Origin: Marsupella aquatica
Lineage: Eukaryota; Plantae; Marchantiophyta
DNA: 64,000 nt
Assembly: GCA_973895155.1 (NCBI GenBank)
Contig: OZ316895.1
Location: forward strand, 4,529,181 to 4,593,180
Direction of reading: 5' to 3'
Below are positions 63,537 to 64,000 of this stretch, piece by piece. The number at the start of each line of letters is the position of its first letter. Within the stretch, counting starts at the first letter, position 1. The position numbers and the translations under genes were made by a program. The notes below the pieces were generated by a model. That model ran no database searches. It was not told the origin of the DNA and was given only the letters and a program-made list of their open reading frames with translations.

Positions 63537-64000
63537 GTACCTCTCTCTCTCTCTCGCCCTCTTAGTCTCTTGAATTCTCTTCCCAGCTTCTATGGGCAGA
63601 GAACATGACTCTTGTTTGCTTCATGGAAGTCTGTGCAGTGTTGGTCGCGCTGGCCAAGGTTTTGTGGGTCCTTGTGGACTTTAAATTCATTCATTCTCTT
63701 CTCTCCCCTCATGCCCTGTCGACGTTTGTCAACAATTCCGTCCGTAGACGAGTTTCCTGCTGTTAAAGCACGAGAGGATATCGGATACCAGCTCCCTTTA
63801 ATTCTGTCCAAAGATATCCATCTTGGTCTTGGGTTAGAAGCTCTTGGGCATGTGTGCTCGTTGTCCTCTTGCTATGGACTCCTGAAGCTTACTGTACTGA
63901 AGATGCTCTTCGCGGTATCCACAGGCGAATGTATCTCCTCAGTATGACTGCATTACCCATGTACTCTTCCCTCAAATTCTGTACACATTTCTTTGTCATG

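Overview
Eukaryotic land-plant nuclear DNA with GT-AG spliced genes, long 5' leaders and TE-rich spacers. A bryophyte, possibly a liverwort, is my inference, not something the sequence proves. Genes reconstructed by hand: a 14-exon CtpA/S41 carboxyl-terminal processing protease (minus, 1239-6809), a TMKL1-like LRR receptor pseudokinase (minus), a Yae1-domain gene (minus), a divergent 4-exon allene oxide cyclase (plus), a germin-like cupin gene with a 1-nt frameshift (plus), and the first exon of an unidentified gene at the right edge. Between them are a rearranged Ty1/copia fragment with an inverted integrase and an unrelated LTR, bracketed by a ~355-bp host duplication; a related copia solo LTR; a Mutator-like MITE with a 10-bp TSD; a decayed NIF/FCP1 phosphatase-like ORF next to an unknown decayed ORF; and many tandem and dispersed repeats. 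I see no clear-cut novel system. The best leads are the divergent AOC, the atypical CtpA paralog, the rearranged retroelement block and the decayed ORF block at 42.3-47.5 kb.
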